A DNA stretch of 64,000 bases, taken from the NCBI GenBank assembly GCA_026706815.1, contig JAPOYA010000017.1:4101-68100 (forward strand), written 5' to 3'. Source of the DNA: Acidimicrobiaceae bacterium. Lineage in GTDB: Bacteria; Actinomycetota; Acidimicrobiia; Acidimicrobiales; Aldehydirespiratoraceae. The position numbers and the translations under genes are program-made. The notes under the pieces were generated by a model, which saw nothing but the letters and a program-made list of their open reading frames with translations, was not told the DNA's origin and searched no databases. Below, in pieces: positions 54,014 to 62,484 of this stretch (position 1 is its first letter; every line of letters begins with the position of its first letter).

Positions 54014-55592
54014 CGTCGGGCGCTCCGTAGCCTCCCCCGCCGGGGAGTTCGAGCCTGACAACGTCGCTCCCGTCGAGGGTGATCCGAGCCTGTGTCTGCA
54101 CGGGTTCACCGTTGACCTTGAAACTGCCGGCAGCGCCTGCTTCGCCACCGAACACGCCGAGGGGAGGGTCCGCCAGTCGGCTGGTGACAGCGTTGAGCTG
54201 CCAAGGTCTGTCGGTGTCGACACTGAATTCGATCGTTTGGCCGAGACCCCCGGTCTGCGCACCCCTGCCCCCGGAGCCTCCCCGCAGTGACTTCTCCCGA
54301 AAACGGATCGGGGCCGAGGCTTCCACGACTTCGATCGGCACAGCCGAAACCCCGGTCGGGTAGGAGCAGGCATTGAGGCCGGGTTTGGCAGCGCGGGCGC
54401 CCACGCCGCCCGCGTAGGTGAACATCGCGGTGATGAAGGGGCTGCCGTCGGGGTGGCTGCCGTTGACCTGCATGGTCCAGACCGCGCCGGACCCCTCGGC
54501 CATCGCCGCTTCGGGCCGGACCTGTGCAAGCGCCTTGAGCAGCGCGTTGGGCAGGAACATGCCGACCACGTGTCGGGCTGTGCCCGGCTGCGGGGCGACC
54601 GCGTTGACGATCGAGCCCTCGGGGGCCTTGACCTTGATCGGCGCGAGGCTGCCGTGATTGTTGGGTATGTCGGGGTTGAGAACCGACCTGACGGTGAAGG
54701 TGGTGTAGGCGTGGGTGTAGTTCATCACCACGTTGATGCCCCACGGCGATGCTTCTGAGCTGCCCTCATAGTCGACTGTGATCTCACCGGCGCCGGGGTC
54801 GACTTCGAGCGAGCACACGATGTCGATGCGGCTGCTGTCGGCCAGATCGAGCACCGCGTCGGCGTTGTAGGTTCCGGCTGGGAGCGCCCGAATGCTCGCT
54901 CTCGTGGCGTGTTCGGAGCGGTTGATTATCTCATCGGCCAACGCTTCGATGTCGTCGAGCCCGTGGGTTTCGCAGAGCGCGGACAACCTCTGTGCGCCCA
55001 CTTCTCCCGAGGCCATCTGCGCGTGCAGATCGCCGGCCATGTGGTCGGGTTGGCGGACGTTGGAGAGGATGAACTTCCACACGTCGGGGTTGCGCTGTCC
55101 GCCTTTCATCAGCTTGCAAATGGGGATCCAGAGTCCTTCCTCGAAGACGTCCCGCCCGCCGGCGCCGATGCCGTAGCCGCCGACGTCGGTGTGATGGATG
55201 GTCGAGCCGAACAGGGCGATGATGCGCCCGTTGCGCCAGGCGGGCACGAGCACGGTCACATCGAGAAGCTGGCCGGCGGTTTTGTACGGGTCGTTGGTGA
55301 TGAGCACATCGCCGGGTTCGATCTGATCGAGCGGGTACTCATCGAGCATTTTGGAAGCGCCGATGGCGAGCGAGTTGATGTGACCCGGTGTGCCGGTCAC
55401 TGCCTGAGCGACCATGCGCCCGCGGCGGTCGAAGACAGCGTTCGCCAGGTCGCCGGCTTCTCGCACGATCGGTGAGAACGCCGATCGTTGCAGTGCCCGA
55501 GCCTGTTCGTTCACTGTCGAGATGAGGGATTGCCAGAGAATCTCGAGTTCGATGGGGTCGAAAGTTGCTGACGGTGTGGAGGCGGCGGTCAT
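54006..55592 (-). CDS. hyuB: Hydantoinase B / oxoprolinase family subunit
   Basis: FDPIELEILWQSLISTVNEQARALQRSAFSPIVREAGDLANAVFD is a typical HyuB N-terminus. The ATG overlaps the hyuA stop (ATGA). Confidence 0.85.
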   Translation of the reverse strand: MTAASTPSATFDPIELEILWQSLISTVNEQARALQRSAFSPIVREAGDLANAVFDRRGRMVAQAVTGTPGHINSLAIGASKMLDEYPLDQIEPGDVLITNDPYKTAGQLLDVTVLVPAWRNGRIIALFGSTIHHTDVGGYGIGAGGRDVFEEGLWIPICKLMKGGQRNPDVWKFILSNVRQPDHMAGDLHAQMASGEVGAQRLSALCETHGLDDIEALADEIINRSEHATRASIRALPAGTYNADAVLDLADSSRIDIVCSLEVDPGAGEITVDYEGSSEASPWGINVVMNYTHAYTTFTVRSVLNPDIPNNHGSLAPIKVKAPEGSIVNAVAPQPGTARHVVGMFLPNALLKALAQVRPEAAMAEGSGAVWTMQVNGSHPDGSPFITAMFTYAGGVGARAAKPGLNACSYPTGVSAVPIEVVEASAPIRFREKSLRGGSGGRGAQTGGLGQTIEFSVDTDRPWQLNAVTSRLADPPLGVFGGEAGAAGSFKVNGEPVQTQARITLDGSDVVRLELPGGGGYGAPDDA

Positions 55593-57736
55593 GGCTGCAT
55601 CCTCGTTGCCATCAGGCTTCCGTCCGCGGCGACCTCTACCGACCAACCAGGGCGGATGACCGAGGTGGTCTCACGTTCTTCGACGACAGCGGGGCCGTTG
55701 AACCTGGTCCCGACCGCTAGTTCACCGCGATCGTACACCGGAGTGTCGACCGCGGCGGCCCCCCGTCCGAACACGACCGGCCTGCTGCGATGCGGCGTGG
55801 CCCCCGCGCTCGCTTGCGCGGCTCCGGCTGCGCCCGGCGCAGGAGACACGAGCGGCGTGGGTGCCGCGCTTGCTTGCGCGGCTCCGGCTGCGCCCTGCGC
55901 AAGCACCGCGCCCTGCGCAAACACCGACAATCGCCAGGTGATCGCCTCCACCTCCACGTCGGGGATGGCCATTCCGTAGATTCGGCGATATTCGGATTCG
56001 AAGGCCTCGACAACTTGGGCCTGATCAACGGGCCATGAGGAGCCTTCGCCGACCCAGATGGTGATCTCGTTGCCCTGCCCGGCGTAGCGGGCGTCAACTC
56101 CATAGCGGTACGTGATCGCATCGTCGGGGACACCCGCAGCGCGAAGAACCCGGCGTCCCTCGCCGCGGAGCTCGTCGAGCAGATGGTCTCGTTCCGCGGG
56201 ATCCACCGAATTGATCAGGCGGGGCATCGAGCGGGCGAGGTCGATTCGCACCGGCGAAACCAGTGTCCCGAAAGCGGAGAGAACGCTGGCGTTGACAGGG
56301 AATATCACTTCATCAGACTCGAGAAGTTCAGCCACGCCGCAGGCATGAACCGGACCTGCACCGCCGAAAGCGATGATCGGGATTCCTCGAAGGTCCATGC
56401 CCATCTCGACGCCGTGCATCGATGCTGCTGCGGCCATGTTCTGGTTGACGACGTCATGGATTCCGGCCGCAGTGTCGATCATGCTGAGCGTCAGTTCATC
56501 GGCCGCGGTTCTGGTGGCCGTATCGGCCAGCGATGCGTCGAGCGGCATGTCGCCGCCAAGGAAGGCGTCGGGGTCGAGCAGGCCGAGGATCACGTCGGCG
56601 TCGGTCACCGCCGGGATTGTCCCGCCCTGGGCATAGCTCGCGGGCCCGGGATCAGCCCCGGCCGACTCGGGTCCGACCTTCAACAAGCCGAACTGATCCA
56701 CCCGAGCCAAACTGCCGCCTCCGGCGCCGATCTCGACGAGGTCCACGGAAGGAACTGACACGGGATATCCGGATCCCTTCTTGAAACGGTAAGCACGGGC
56801 CACCTCGAAGGTGTTGGTCAGCTCAGGCTCACCGTGTTCGATGAGGCAGGCCTTTGCGGTCGTGCCGCCCATGTCGAAGCACAACAGTCGTTTGACGTCG
56901 AGCCGTTTGGCGAACCAGCTTCCTGCCAACGCGCCTGCCGCGGGACCCGATTCGACTAGGCGGATCGGCCCGCGGGCCGCGTCGCCGGCCGACACAACGC
57001 CGCCGTTGGACAGCATCATCAGCACCGATCCCCCAAAACCTTCGTCGGACAGCCACCCTTGGAGTTCATCGAGGTACGGGCCGATGAGCGGCATCGTGGC
57101 TGCGTTGCAAGCGGTGGTGGTCATCCGCGGGTATTCGCGGATCTGTGGCGAGATATCCGCGGAGATGCAGACGGGAACCCCCAAGGCTCGGCGCAGGTGA
57201 GCGGCGACTCTCTGTTCGTTGGTTGCGTTGACGTAGGAGTTGAGCAGGCAGACAGCGACCGACTCGACCTCGGCGTTGAGCAGCTGTCGGGTCAACTCCT
57301 CGAGGTCTTCGGTGCTCGGATCGATTGCGATGCTGCCGTCGGCGATCGTCCGCTCGTCGAGTTCGAACGTCAGCTCGCGGGGGATCGGCGGCGGCGGGAA
57401 CTCGATCTGCAGATCGTACATGTCGTAGCGATGTTCATCGCGAATGAGCAGCGTGTCACCGAAGCCCTGGGTGGCGACGAGCGCGGCACGCCCGGTTTTG
57501 CGCTCGATCAAGGCGTTGGTGATGAGCGTGGTCGCGTGGACGATGGGCGCGGTGATGTCTTCGGGTCTCACGTCAGCCCGGTCGAGCAGTTGGGTGAGCC
57601 CGGTGCGCACACCGTCGAGCGGGGCGGCAGGTGTGGTGAGGGTCTTGTCGACGACGATCCGGCCGGTCTGCGCGTCCAGCAGTACAACATCGGTGAACGT
57701 GCCGCCGATATCGACCGCGAGCCTCCAATCTGCCAT
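55589..57736 (-). CDS. hyuA: Hydantoinase A / oxoprolinase family subunit
   Basis: RLAVDIGGTFTDVVLLD, CFDMGGTTAK. Start trimmed to ATG 57736, a 1-nt overlap with the upstream stop. Confidence 0.85.
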   Translation of the reverse strand: MADWRLAVDIGGTFTDVVLLDAQTGRIVVDKTLTTPAAPLDGVRTGLTQLLDRADVRPEDITAPIVHATTLITNALIERKTGRAALVATQGFGDTLLIRDEHRYDMYDLQIEFPPPPIPRELTFELDERTIADGSIAIDPSTEDLEELTRQLLNAEVESVAVCLLNSYVNATNEQRVAAHLRRALGVPVCISADISPQIREYPRMTTTACNAATMPLIGPYLDELQGWLSDEGFGGSVLMMLSNGGVVSAGDAARGPIRLVESGPAAGALAGSWFAKRLDVKRLLCFDMGGTTAKACLIEHGEPELTNTFEVARAYRFKKGSGYPVSVPSVDLVEIGAGGGSLARVDQFGLLKVGPESAGADPGPASYAQGGTIPAVTDADVILGLLDPDAFLGGDMPLDASLADTATRTAADELTLSMIDTAAGIHDVVNQNMAAAASMHGVEMGMDLRGIPIIAFGGAGPVHACGVAELLESDEVIFPVNASVLSAFGTLVSPVRIDLARSMPRLINSVDPAERDHLLDELRGEGRRVLRAAGVPDDAITYRYGVDARYAGQGNEITIWVGEGSSWPVDQAQVVEAFESEYRRIYGMAIPDVEVEAITWRLSVFAQGAVLAQGAAGAAQASAAPTPLVSPAPGAAGAAQASAGATPHRSRPVVFGRGAAAVDTPVYDRGELAVGTRFNGPAVVEERETTSVIRPGWSVEVAADGSLMATRMQP
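55792..55911 (-). repeat. Tandem 60-bp duplication inside hyuA, encoding an Ala/Pro-rich insert
   Basis: gcggcgtgg...gcgct(c/t)gcttgcgcggctccggctgcgccc occurs at 55792 and 55852, with 40/44 identical. The protein reads ..AAGAAQASAAPTP..GAAGAAQASAGATP.. Confidence 0.8.
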
Positions 57737-58659
57737 CAGCCTGCTGCCAAATCGTCTCTTGGGGGGCTGAACACGTCGAGGATCCAGCATTCGTCGTATT
57801 CGTCGTCGCCCACGAAGATGCTGTCGCCGTGCCACACGCCCGGTGCGGCCAGGTATGCCTGATTGGCGTTCAGAACTTCCCGTTTCGATGAACTGCCGGT
57901 CTCGTCACCGTCGAAGATCCGGAAATCGAGAGACCCTCGCACGATAATCCCGAGCTGTTCGTTGTCGTCGTGTTTGTGCAGGTACGAACCGGTTGCTCCG
58001 CCCTTGATGCGCCAGAAGCACAGCTGCAGGCTCTCGCCGGTGATCACCCGCCGTCTGAATCCCGGCCGGTCGGTCTCGCTGAACTCGTCCTCTTCGAAGA
58101 AGTGGCAGTAGTGGTTGGAGAGGTTCACATTGTCTTGTTTGTTCTCCGGCGTGGCGGCTCCGGCTGCGCCCGCCGATGGCAACGTGGTCGCCAGGTGGGC
58201 AAACCTTTCTGTGTCAGCGGTCAGATCCAAGGGCCGGATGATCGCTTGGTGCTCGTCGTCACCCCATTGCTCAGGGGGCACGAGCCACATCACCTCGAAC
58301 TCGAGCCCGTCGGGATCCTTGCAGTACAGGCTCTTGTTGACGCCGTGATCGGAGGCGCCGACGAGGACGCCGGCGGCGCGCAGCCGTTGTTCCATTTCGA
58401 CCAGTTCGGCAAGGGTCGCGACTTCCCAGGCGATGTGGTACATCCCGACCGTCTGCCGTCCGGCCTGCGATGCGCCGGAGTGCTCGCCAACGGCAAAAAA
58501 GGCGATGTCATGGTGGTTTTCAGAACCGGGCGCGCGCATGAAAGCGTATTGCCCGGCTGCGTTGATGACGGTGCTGAACCCGAGCACGTCTTCGTAGAAA
58601 CGCCGATGCCGTTCTGAGTCGCGCACGTAGAGCACGGCGTGGTTCATGCCGCTGATCAT
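57736..58659 (-). CDS. Fusion of a single-domain VOC/extradiol-dioxygenase-like module with a C-terminal cupin
   Basis: MNHAVLYVRDSERHRRFYEDVLGF, MYHIAWEV, DPDGLEFEVMW, then a cupin-like YLHKHDDNEQLGIIVRGSL. Start at ATG 58659 after GGAGG, overlapping the Rieske stop (ATGA). Confidence 0.75.
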   Translation of the reverse strand: MISGMNHAVLYVRDSERHRRFYEDVLGFSTVINAAGQYAFMRAPGSENHHDIAFFAVGEHSGASQAGRQTVGMYHIAWEVATLAELVEMEQRLRAAGVLVGASDHGVNKSLYCKDPDGLEFEVMWLVPPEQWGDDEHQAIIRPLDLTADTERFAHLATTLPSAGAAGAATPENKQDNVNLSNHYCHFFEEDEFSETDRPGFRRRVITGESLQLCFWRIKGGATGSYLHKHDDNEQLGIIVRGSLDFRIFDGDETGSSSKREVLNANQAYLAAPGVWHGDSIFVGDDEYDECWILDVFSPPRDDLAAG

Positions 58660-59654
58660 GAGACCTCCAATTGGATGAACTCGGCGAAGCGGCGGCGCCA
58701 CTCGACCGACGGTTTATCGGATTGCACGTTGACAACGCCGGTCCGGGTGAGCGGCAGGGTGCCGGGCACCTGTTCGAGCATGGCTTTGTCCTCTGCGCCG
58801 ATCGCACGATCGAAAGCGATGATCTCTTCCGGGTCGACGCTGTGGTCGTCGTTTCGCCAGACAACGAAGGTGAACGTTGATTCGAGGTCGTCGCGGGGCG
58901 TGCTCGCCAGCAGGAGGATGTGCTCGAGGCCGTCGTCGTAGCGGATCGTGCTTCTGACCATGAACGGCAGGGCGAAACCGGTTGTCATGACCCGATGGAC
59001 CACGTCTTCTTCGCTTCCGCTTACTGCCGTGGCTTCGTCGGGGTTCGCGGCGTAGACCTCGTATATGTAGCCGTAGAAGCCTTCGTCGAGTTGCTGCAGG
59101 TTGAGCTTGGGCACCAGCGGGTCCTGGCCGAGGCCGAACGTACCGGTGTGAACCCATGGAAAGTGGCTGAAGTCCATGAAGTTGTCGACGAGCCGGGGGG
59201 TGGACGCCTTCCAGGTCTCGACTCCTGTGTTCAACCTGCGGAACGCCGGGTCTTCGTCTTGGGGGATCCGAGGTATATCGACTGCCGGCTCACCGGGACA
59301 TACCCAGACGAGACCGTATCGTTCCTGCACATTGTGGCAGTTCAGGTGGGCGGTTGGCGGTATGGCAGCGCCGGGCCCGGATGACGGCACGTTCAGGCAT
59401 CGCCCTCCTTCCCCGAATGTCCAGCCGTGATACGCGCAGGTGACTTGGCCTTCGTTGTACGTGCCGATCGAGAGCGGAGCCTGCCGGTGCGGGCACTCAT
59501 CGGGCGCGGCGATCAGGTCTCCGTTCTGGCAGCGCCAGAGGACGAGGTTCTCTCCGAGGAGGCGGGTGGCGTGGGGTTTGTCTGTGACATCGGTTGATTC
59601 TGCGACCGGGTACCAGGCGGTTCGCAGCGGTGCTCGGTCTGCGAATCGTGTCAT
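58656..59654 (-). CDS. Rieske [2Fe-2S] oxygenase (VanA/PaO/KshA-like class)
   Basis: CPHRQAPLS...CAYHGWTF, and DNFMDFSHFPWVH as the iron site. Confidence 0.85.
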   Translation of the reverse strand: MTRFADRAPLRTAWYPVAESTDVTDKPHATRLLGENLVLWRCQNGDLIAAPDECPHRQAPLSIGTYNEGQVTCAYHGWTFGEGGRCLNVPSSGPGAAIPPTAHLNCHNVQERYGLVWVCPGEPAVDIPRIPQDEDPAFRRLNTGVETWKASTPRLVDNFMDFSHFPWVHTGTFGLGQDPLVPKLNLQQLDEGFYGYIYEVYAANPDEATAVSGSEEDVVHRVMTTGFALPFMVRSTIRYDDGLEHILLLASTPRDDLESTFTFVVWRNDDHSVDPEEIIAFDRAIGAEDKAMLEQVPGTLPLTRTGVVNVQSDKPSVEWRRRFAEFIQLEVS

Positions 59655-59698
59655 CGATCATCCCCCGTCTGGCATTGGCTCGCTTGGCTCTGACCGTT

Positions 59699-59719
59699 TT
59701 GGTCAGACCAACTGACCAT
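59699..59719. promoter_or_regulatory. 21-bp box ttggtcagaccaactgaccat (TGGTCAGACCA palindrome core) in the Rieske / SnoaL divergent region
   Basis: Identical to 62438-62458. It lies 45 nt upstream of the Rieske ATG. Confidence 0.5.
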
Positions 59720-60180
59720 TGGCGCATTCTATAGTGAGGTTTGTGAGCGAATCCAGCGAAGTTGCGACCCCGGGCGCGATTGCCCGTTCCTACTTGGTGT
59801 CTTTCTCCGAAAGCAGCGCCGAGGCCGTTGCTGCCCATGTGTCGCCCGACTTTGTGAACGAGCACACCTCGGCTCTCGGGGCCGGCTGCGTCGGTCGGGA
59901 GGTGTATCGCCGAAAGCTGGTCGGCTTCCTCGCCGACATGGTTGATCTGCGCTACGAGATCGAGAGCCTGATCGTTGAGGGCCCGGAGGTTGCAGCGTTC
60001 TACACCATGACTGCCCGCTGGCAGGGCGAGCACCCCATATCTGTGCGGGGCGTGCAACGCCTGGTCGTTGCCGACGGACTCATCACTCGCCGCACCGACT
60101 ACTGGGACTCCGCCGTCTTCTTGACCCAGGCCTCCCCCGAAGCCCGCACCGCCCTGACCCCCTTCGGCATCCGGCTCTGA
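59719..60180 (+). CDS. SnoaL-like / NTF2-fold protein
   Basis: Small alpha+beta-barrel-type sequence with RSYLVSFSES...DFVNEH, ADGLITRRTDYWD. The start is more likely GTG 59743 than TTG 59719. Confidence 0.65.
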   Translation: MAHSIVRFVSESSEVATPGAIARSYLVSFSESSAEAVAAHVSPDFVNEHTSALGAGCVGREVYRRKLVGFLADMVDLRYEIESLIVEGPEVAAFYTMTARWQGEHPISVRGVQRLVVADGLITRRTDYWDSAVFLTQASPEARTALTPFGIRL

Positions 60181-60425
60181 CCAAGTAGCAAGTCCGCGCT
60201 TGAAGCACGCTCGACTCCGGGTCGACTTGCGATTGAAGCGAGTCTGGCGTCGAGCCGACCTGCATGGGAGCCTCCGGTTGCCGACACAACGCTTCGGCAC
60301 AGTCGAACCAGATAGAGATTGGTTGTGGCTGGTTCATGATCGACGAGCACTTGCGTCAACCCGTCGCTCAACTCACCGGAAAGCAGGTCGCGCAGGAGAT
60401 GGTCGTCGAGGACCGTTCGACTCAC
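60099..60425 (-). CDS. Putative toxin partner of the AbrB-type antitoxin (PIN-like N-terminus?), possibly degenerate
   Basis: The GTG overlaps the antitoxin stop (GTGA). The N-terminus TVLDDHLLRDLL...TTNLYLVRLCR looks protein-like, the C-terminal half does not. It overlaps the SnoaL 3' end by 82 nt in antisense. Confidence 0.35.
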   Translation of the reverse strand: MSRTVLDDHLLRDLLSGELSDGLTQVLVDHEPATTNLYLVRLCRSVVSATGGSHAGRLDARLASIASRPGVERASSADLLLGQSRMPKGVRAVRASGEAWVKKTAESQ

Positions 60426-60661
60426 GTGGTGGCTAGGTCCGGATCGGCGGTCAACCCGCGGGCGAACGCGGCATGCTCGTCACGCCCAAGGAGGTCGGCG
60501 AGCAAATGGCGCCCCTCACCCCTAGGCAGCGTGAGCACGCCAAATCCGAGATCGAGTACATCGACCGGTCCTCCGTCGTCTAGGTTCCAGCGATGCCGAA
60601 CACTTGCGGGCAGACACACTTGGCCCGACGACGACACCAGATATTCCTGTACGCTGCTCAC
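60422..60661 (-). CDS. AbrB/MazE/SpoVT-family antitoxin
   Basis: VSSSGQVCLPASVRHRWNLDDGGPVDVLDLGFGVLTLP is a swapped-hairpin pattern; 79 aa. Confidence 0.7.
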   Translation of the reverse strand: MSSVQEYLVSSSGQVCLPASVRHRWNLDDGGPVDVLDLGFGVLTLPRGEGRHLLADLLGRDEHAAFARGLTADPDLATT

Positions 60662-60671
60662 AAGCCGAAGC

Positions 60672-60702
60672 TACTTGGTATACAGATGTTCGTCACCAAG
60701 TA
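60672..60702. promoter_or_regulatory. 8-bp inverted repeat TACTTGGT-N15-ACCAAGTA, 11-41 nt upstream of the antitoxin start
   Basis: Read directly. Confidence 0.35.
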
Positions 60703-60790
60703 TCGAATCTGCGCGAGCCGCGCAAGCCGAGATAGCTCACAAACCTCAATTGACTTGCCTGCTGATCGGTAGAATTAGAGTAGGGGACCT

Positions 60791-61570
60791 ATGGAATATC
60801 GCAATCTTCTCTACAAGCGTGATGACGCTTACGCGACGATCACGCTCAACCGGCCGGAGCGGCGAAATTGTCTGTCATCGGAGATGTTGGCCGAGCTCGA
60901 GGACGCATTGCGCACCACCGGTGCGGATGGCGAAGTAGCCGGCATCGTGCTCGCCGCCAACGGGCCTGTCTTCTCCTCTGGGCATGACCTGGGCGAGATG
61001 GCGAAGATGAACGAGGACGAGCTCAGGGAGCTGTTCACGCTGTGTACATCGGCGATGACTGCGATCGCTGAGATTCCTCAGGTGGTGATCGCTCAGGTGC
61101 ATGCGTTGGCCACGGCTGCTGGTGCGCAACTTGCGGCGAGCGCTGATCTGATCGTGGCGAGTGAGGAGGCTGCTTTCGCCACGCCGGGCGGCAAAGGAGG
61201 GCTGTTCTGCCACACACCGATGGTGGCGGTGGCGCGGCCGCTCGGACGCAAGCGGGCGGTGGAACTGGCGCTCACAGGCGACACGATCGACGCGGCCACA
61301 TCGCTCGAGTGGGGGCTGGTGAACCGTGTGGTGCCCGCTGACGAACTCGAATCTGCCACTCTCGATCTGTTGACGCGGGCAACACGGGGCAGCCGCTACG
61401 CCAAAGGCGTCGGCAAGCAGACGCTCTATGCCCAGATGGACATGTCGACCGGCGACGCCTACGAGTTGGCAATCGACGTGATGGCCCGCAACGCGGCGCG
61501 TGGCGACGGCGCCGAGTGGCCCAAGGCCTTCGTTGAGAAGCGCCGCGCCGTCTGGACCCATTCCGGTTGA
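60791..61570 (+). CDS. Enoyl-CoA hydratase/isomerase (crotonase) family
   Basis: ITLNRPERRNCLS, FSSGHDLGE, VHALATAAGAQLAASADL. Confidence 0.85.
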   Translation: MEYRNLLYKRDDAYATITLNRPERRNCLSSEMLAELEDALRTTGADGEVAGIVLAANGPVFSSGHDLGEMAKMNEDELRELFTLCTSAMTAIAEIPQVVIAQVHALATAAGAQLAASADLIVASEEAAFATPGGKGGLFCHTPMVAVARPLGRKRAVELALTGDTIDAATSLEWGLVNRVVPADELESATLDLLTRATRGSRYAKGVGKQTLYAQMDMSTGDAYELAIDVMARNAARGDGAEWPKAFVEKRRAVWTHSG

Positions 61571-61606
61571 TCCACGGTCCAGCAACGTCCGGCTTCGAAC
61601 CAACGG

Positions 61607-62332
61607 TCAGGTGAGTTTGTCGATCATGGAGCGTTCGACCTGGTCGAGGTGTGATTCCGCGGCTGAGCGCATTGCTGCAGCATCGCCGGCGACAAAGGCG
61701 GCGGCGATCGCGTGATGGCCGTCGGATGAATCGGCGATGATCTGGGCGACTTCGGCCTGGTTGGCCTCGGAGCTCAACAGCGTGAAGAACTCGACTGACC
61801 GGAAGAGCCGGTCGAGCACCTTGCCGTACAGTTCGATGAGCAGCGGGTTGTCGCCGGCGGCGGCGATGGTGGTGTGGAACTCGCGGTCTAGGCGGCGGAA
61901 CTTGCCGATCTCCAAAGAGCCGTTGAAGCGTGCTGCGAGCACTGCCACTCGTTCGCGGTCCTCGTCACTTGCCCGCACTGCGGCCATCTCGAATAGTGGT
62001 ACCTCGAGTACTCGACGAGTCTCGAACAGCTCGGCGACGAAGGATTTGCCGTTCCCGGCACCGCCTGGTGCGACGACGACTTCGGGGAGATGCTCCGCGA
62101 CGTAGGAGCGGTTGCCCCGCCGCTCCACGACGCCGAGAGACGCCAGACCCTGCATAGCCTCCCGCACCGAGGTTCGAGCGACCTGGAAGCGTTCGCTGAG
62201 ATCTCGCTCAGAGGGCATCCGGGCGCCTGGGGCAAGCTCGCCGGTGGTGATCCTCTCTAGCAGTTGGGTCCGAATCTGGGAACTGACTGTCCGGCGCGAT
62301 ATGGGTTCGAAGGGATGATCATCTGGTATCAC
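61607..62332 (-). CDS. GntR-family transcriptional regulator, FadR subfamily (FCD C-domain)
   Basis: LAPGARMPSERDLSERFQVARTSVREAMQGL is the GntR wHTH, with a helical C-domain. Start trimmed to GTG 62332, after GGGGAG. Confidence 0.85.
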   Translation of the reverse strand: MIPDDHPFEPISRRTVSSQIRTQLLERITTGELAPGARMPSERDLSERFQVARTSVREAMQGLASLGVVERRGNRSYVAEHLPEVVVAPGGAGNGKSFVAELFETRRVLEVPLFEMAAVRASDEDRERVAVLAARFNGSLEIGKFRRLDREFHTTIAAAGDNPLLIELYGKVLDRLFRSVEFFTLLSSEANQAEVAQIIADSSDGHHAIAAAFVAGDAAAMRSAAESHLDQVERSMIDKLT

Positions 62333-62389
62333 GATTGTTCTCCCCTGTTTCCCTCGGGGTCGGAGCGGATTCCGGGCAGATCGGTTCAA

Positions 62390-62408
62390 TGGTCCGACCA
62401 AGATACCA
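62390..62408. promoter_or_regulatory. TGGTCCGACCA palindromic box (plus agatacca), 58 nt upstream of the gntR start
   Basis: Read directly. It has the same palindrome arms as the other three boxes. Confidence 0.45.
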
Positions 62409-62437
62409 CAGTTGTTCTGATGCCGTGTCCAGCGCTG

Positions 62438-62458
62438 TTGGTCAGACCAACTGACCAT
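62438..62458. promoter_or_regulatory. 21-bp box ttggtcagaccaactgaccat, 27 nt upstream of the VOC gene start
   Basis: Identical to 59699-59719. Confidence 0.5.
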
Positions 62459-62484
62459 GCTAGTTTCGGGAGCGGAGGCCTGCT

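Noticed and set aside
59497-60300. 267-aa minus-strand ORF spanning the Rieske/SnoaL intergenic region
   Set aside because: It overlaps two well-supported genes and the operator region, and it is Arg/Gly/Ala-rich nonsense.
60740-60775. Sigma-70-like promoter (TTGACT ... TAGAAT) upstream of the enoyl-CoA hydratase
   Set aside because: The spacer is only about 14 nt by my count. That is too short for confidence, and actinobacterial promoters rarely need a -35 element.
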